Positions 49,549-51,992 of a DNA stretch of 51,992 bases are shown here, one piece after another. This DNA is from Phoronis australis (taxonomy: Eukaryota > Animalia > Phoronida), in assembly GCA_002633005.1 (NCBI GenBank), contig NMRA01000244.1, forward strand, positions 448,059 through 500,050, written 5' to 3'. Numbering within the stretch: the first letter of the stretch is position 1; every line of letters begins with the position of its first letter. A program made the translations under genes and the position numbers. The notes beneath the pieces were generated by a model. That model saw only the letters and a program-made list of their open reading frames with translations, had not been told where the DNA came from and searched no databases.

Positions 49549-51650
49549 CTTATTGCACAATTTTTGAGCTACAGGCTAAAATAAACTTTACCGACAACGT
49601 GTTGTTCTTTGGGTAAAATGGCGGCTTGGAAATACAGACGAAGGTGTGTCAAGAATGCTGCGTTCTGATTGGTCAGTTAAGCCATCAGTCATTATTCTAG
49701 CCATAGGTCAATTCAAGACTCAACAAGGATGTGCTCACATAATGGCGGCACTTTCGTATCCTAGTAGACAAGAGCACAGACTAATCTTCACTCAGTTTAC
49801 TTAAAACAAATTCAAGGAACTTCTGAATACCATGTGTGGCAATCACTTCCTGTTTAGTCCACAAAACTGCCGTCAAACCCAACCCACCCTATTTTATTCA
49901 TTTTTGAGACTGTACCGTGGTCTTGGACCATGAAAGCATTCTAACGTTGTAAGTTTGCCGTGTAGTATATGAACTGTCAAACGTATAGTTTGATATCTTT
50001 TATGTGAATATGGCATCTAAAATTTATTTTGAAATTTGTAAAATCTGCATATTCCAATCGCATCTGGCTGCCATATCAGATTTTTTGGATATCCTACTGC
50101 TAAAACTACTTACGAAAATTAGTTCTCGCACTCGAAAGTAAAATATTGTAATATATCGGATGAATTTGGGATGAAAAAAAAGAGCGAGAAGAGTTTTTGA
50201 AACTCGACCTGGCGGTCGCACTGAATTTTTACACATGTTTATAAGGTGCTGATGGCTTCAAAAAGTTTCATTTAGTGAGTGACGTTTTACTGTCAATACC
50301 TATTTTTCCTCCGTTTCAATGACAGCGGATCTGTAGCCTACACTGTCTGTAAAAGTAATGAACTGGCGCATTATCAAAATCATAAAAATAAACTAGTTGA
50401 TTTCAAAATTACAATTAGGATAACAAAAATTCTATAATGAGCCTAAAACAGCTGAAATGGAGATACTACTCTCAGCGACCGATCAGTTAATTGGCGTAAT
50501 CGGATTTCGACTGCGTTGGTGTGACTAACCTGTGGCAATGTAGTGTCACGTGGGAGGAAAAAGTGGACAAAAAAGCTAAAACCCTTCGTCGTTCTCATTT
50601 TCTTAGAGCTTAACCTGAAATTCCATAGAATCTGCTTAATCTTATAAAACTCAAATTGCCCGAATAGCACGCACCCCTTGTGTTGCAAAAACGATTCAGT
50701 GCGCGCACGAGTCACATTTTTGAAGTCGAAATTTACAAAGTAAAAATATCACGGACCTCTGCTCTTTCATGTAGTGTTTGAGGTATTGCATTGACAGAAC
50801 ATAGACACAATGTCCCATTAAGTTATGCAATAGCATACATTTCTGAAATACAAAACTCTATAAATACTCAATTGGTCTAGCTCGGGAATATTTCGTATAC
50901 TCTAATGCGACATGTATTTGCTTTTGTTTACTATCAGATATTCTTAGTCCATTCAACGGTGGCGGCCATTTTGCTAATGTATACCCAGATATCCACAAAT
51001 ATAGAGTAATGTTCTGACAATATTCACTTTGTGTTATGTGAGAGCTTTAGATAAAGTGGGAGCATCGCACGTCACTGAACTTTTGACATATTGTTTGTTT
51101 ATGCATTTCAAGTTTTCCCTTGCTGATGGGTGTATGCAGGTCGTCACAGATGCGCTACTGTATTGCTTCACCGTTAAACGCATGGGTCTATATTCGAAAT
51201 AATGTCTTTTCACGGCCTTTTTACCAAAGTCTTTCGCATCTTGGCGCATACGCCCAAGTTTCGCAGGTAATGTCCCCTACGCAGGCCCACACATTTATTC
51301 GCGTATAGATGCACTCGTTTACTTTTTAAAGCTTACTTGGTTTTCGTGAACAGCATATTATTAAAATGCAACTTGTGTTTACCGATAGCGTTTTACAACA
51401 CAGGTATTTGAAAACACACACTGAACTTCCTTAATAAGTGAAATAAATCGATGTCCAACAGGGGCAAAACCAGAGTTCCGACACTGAGGACAGTGAGAGC
51501 AAATTTGCTGAGAACAAACTTTTAACGCCACTCTCTTTGTTTTCTTGCGTCAGCATCTATTGGAAGGTTCCACACCCTTGTATGTTTTGACCCTGAACGA
51601 ACTCACAATAATGTGTGTTGGTGGTTTCGACCACAGGTTGTGGTGCTTAA

Positions 51651-51992
51651 AAGGGGACTGTAGTCAAAATAATGTTGCAGTTAATCGGTTCTAACATACA
51701 AATAAAACTCACATTTGCCTGACTTGCGTGCCAAACTAAAGCCAATTCGAATTCATGGTCAAAACACTGAATTCTGAAAGCGATCGCTGATTGGCTGATG
51801 CGTCAGTGACGTGAACGGCGGGGTATCGGCTGCTTTACACATTCATTGCTTATGTCATATTTGAAGAGTTTACATCTTAATTTATCATTGTATCAATCGT
51901 CCTTATTTTTTATTGTTTGCCACAGTGCTGTAAAAGGTTCGCTATGCCTTTTTGTATGGCACCTGGTTGCTCAAACTCTTCGAAAAAGGCGT
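51651..51992 (+). mobile_element. 5' end of a Kolobok-like element; THAP ORF begins at 51944 and runs out of the window
   Basis: TTAA followed by an (A)AGGGGACTGTAGTC terminus. ATG at 51944 gives MPFCMAPGCSNSSKKA, a THAP N-terminal C-x4-C-x-N pattern. Confidence 0.65.

Overview
Eukaryotic, AT-rich, intron-containing animal DNA from a draft assembly, most likely a marine invertebrate (taxon not determinable here). It has a 390-N gap at 9530-9919 and a single-N join at 20191. Hand splicing on GT-AG boundaries gives five genes. (1) The first coding exon of an FBXL13/DRC6-like gene (-), head-to-head with (2) an uncharacterised 7-exon, ~296-aa gene carrying NLS-like motifs (+). (3) A complete 10-exon FBXO7 (-, 501 aa) that keeps PI31-type motifs and ends in a canonical HbYX tripeptide (LYF). 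(4) A 4-exon secreted PEBP-family gene (+, 175 aa), tail-to-tail with (5) an intron-containing gene for a bacterial-type S1B glutamyl endopeptidase (-), the best novelty candidate (possible domesticated horizontal transfer). Bases 15371-20190 and 20192-24474 are near-identical and probably two haplotypes assembled in tandem. From about 32 kb onward the window is gene-poor and transposon-rich. It includes an ~8-kb nest in which Tc1/mariner ends enclose a Tx1 LINE that is itself split by two Kolobok-type elements, plus several THAP remnants and MITEs. Family assignments come from recalled motifs; no database search was run.
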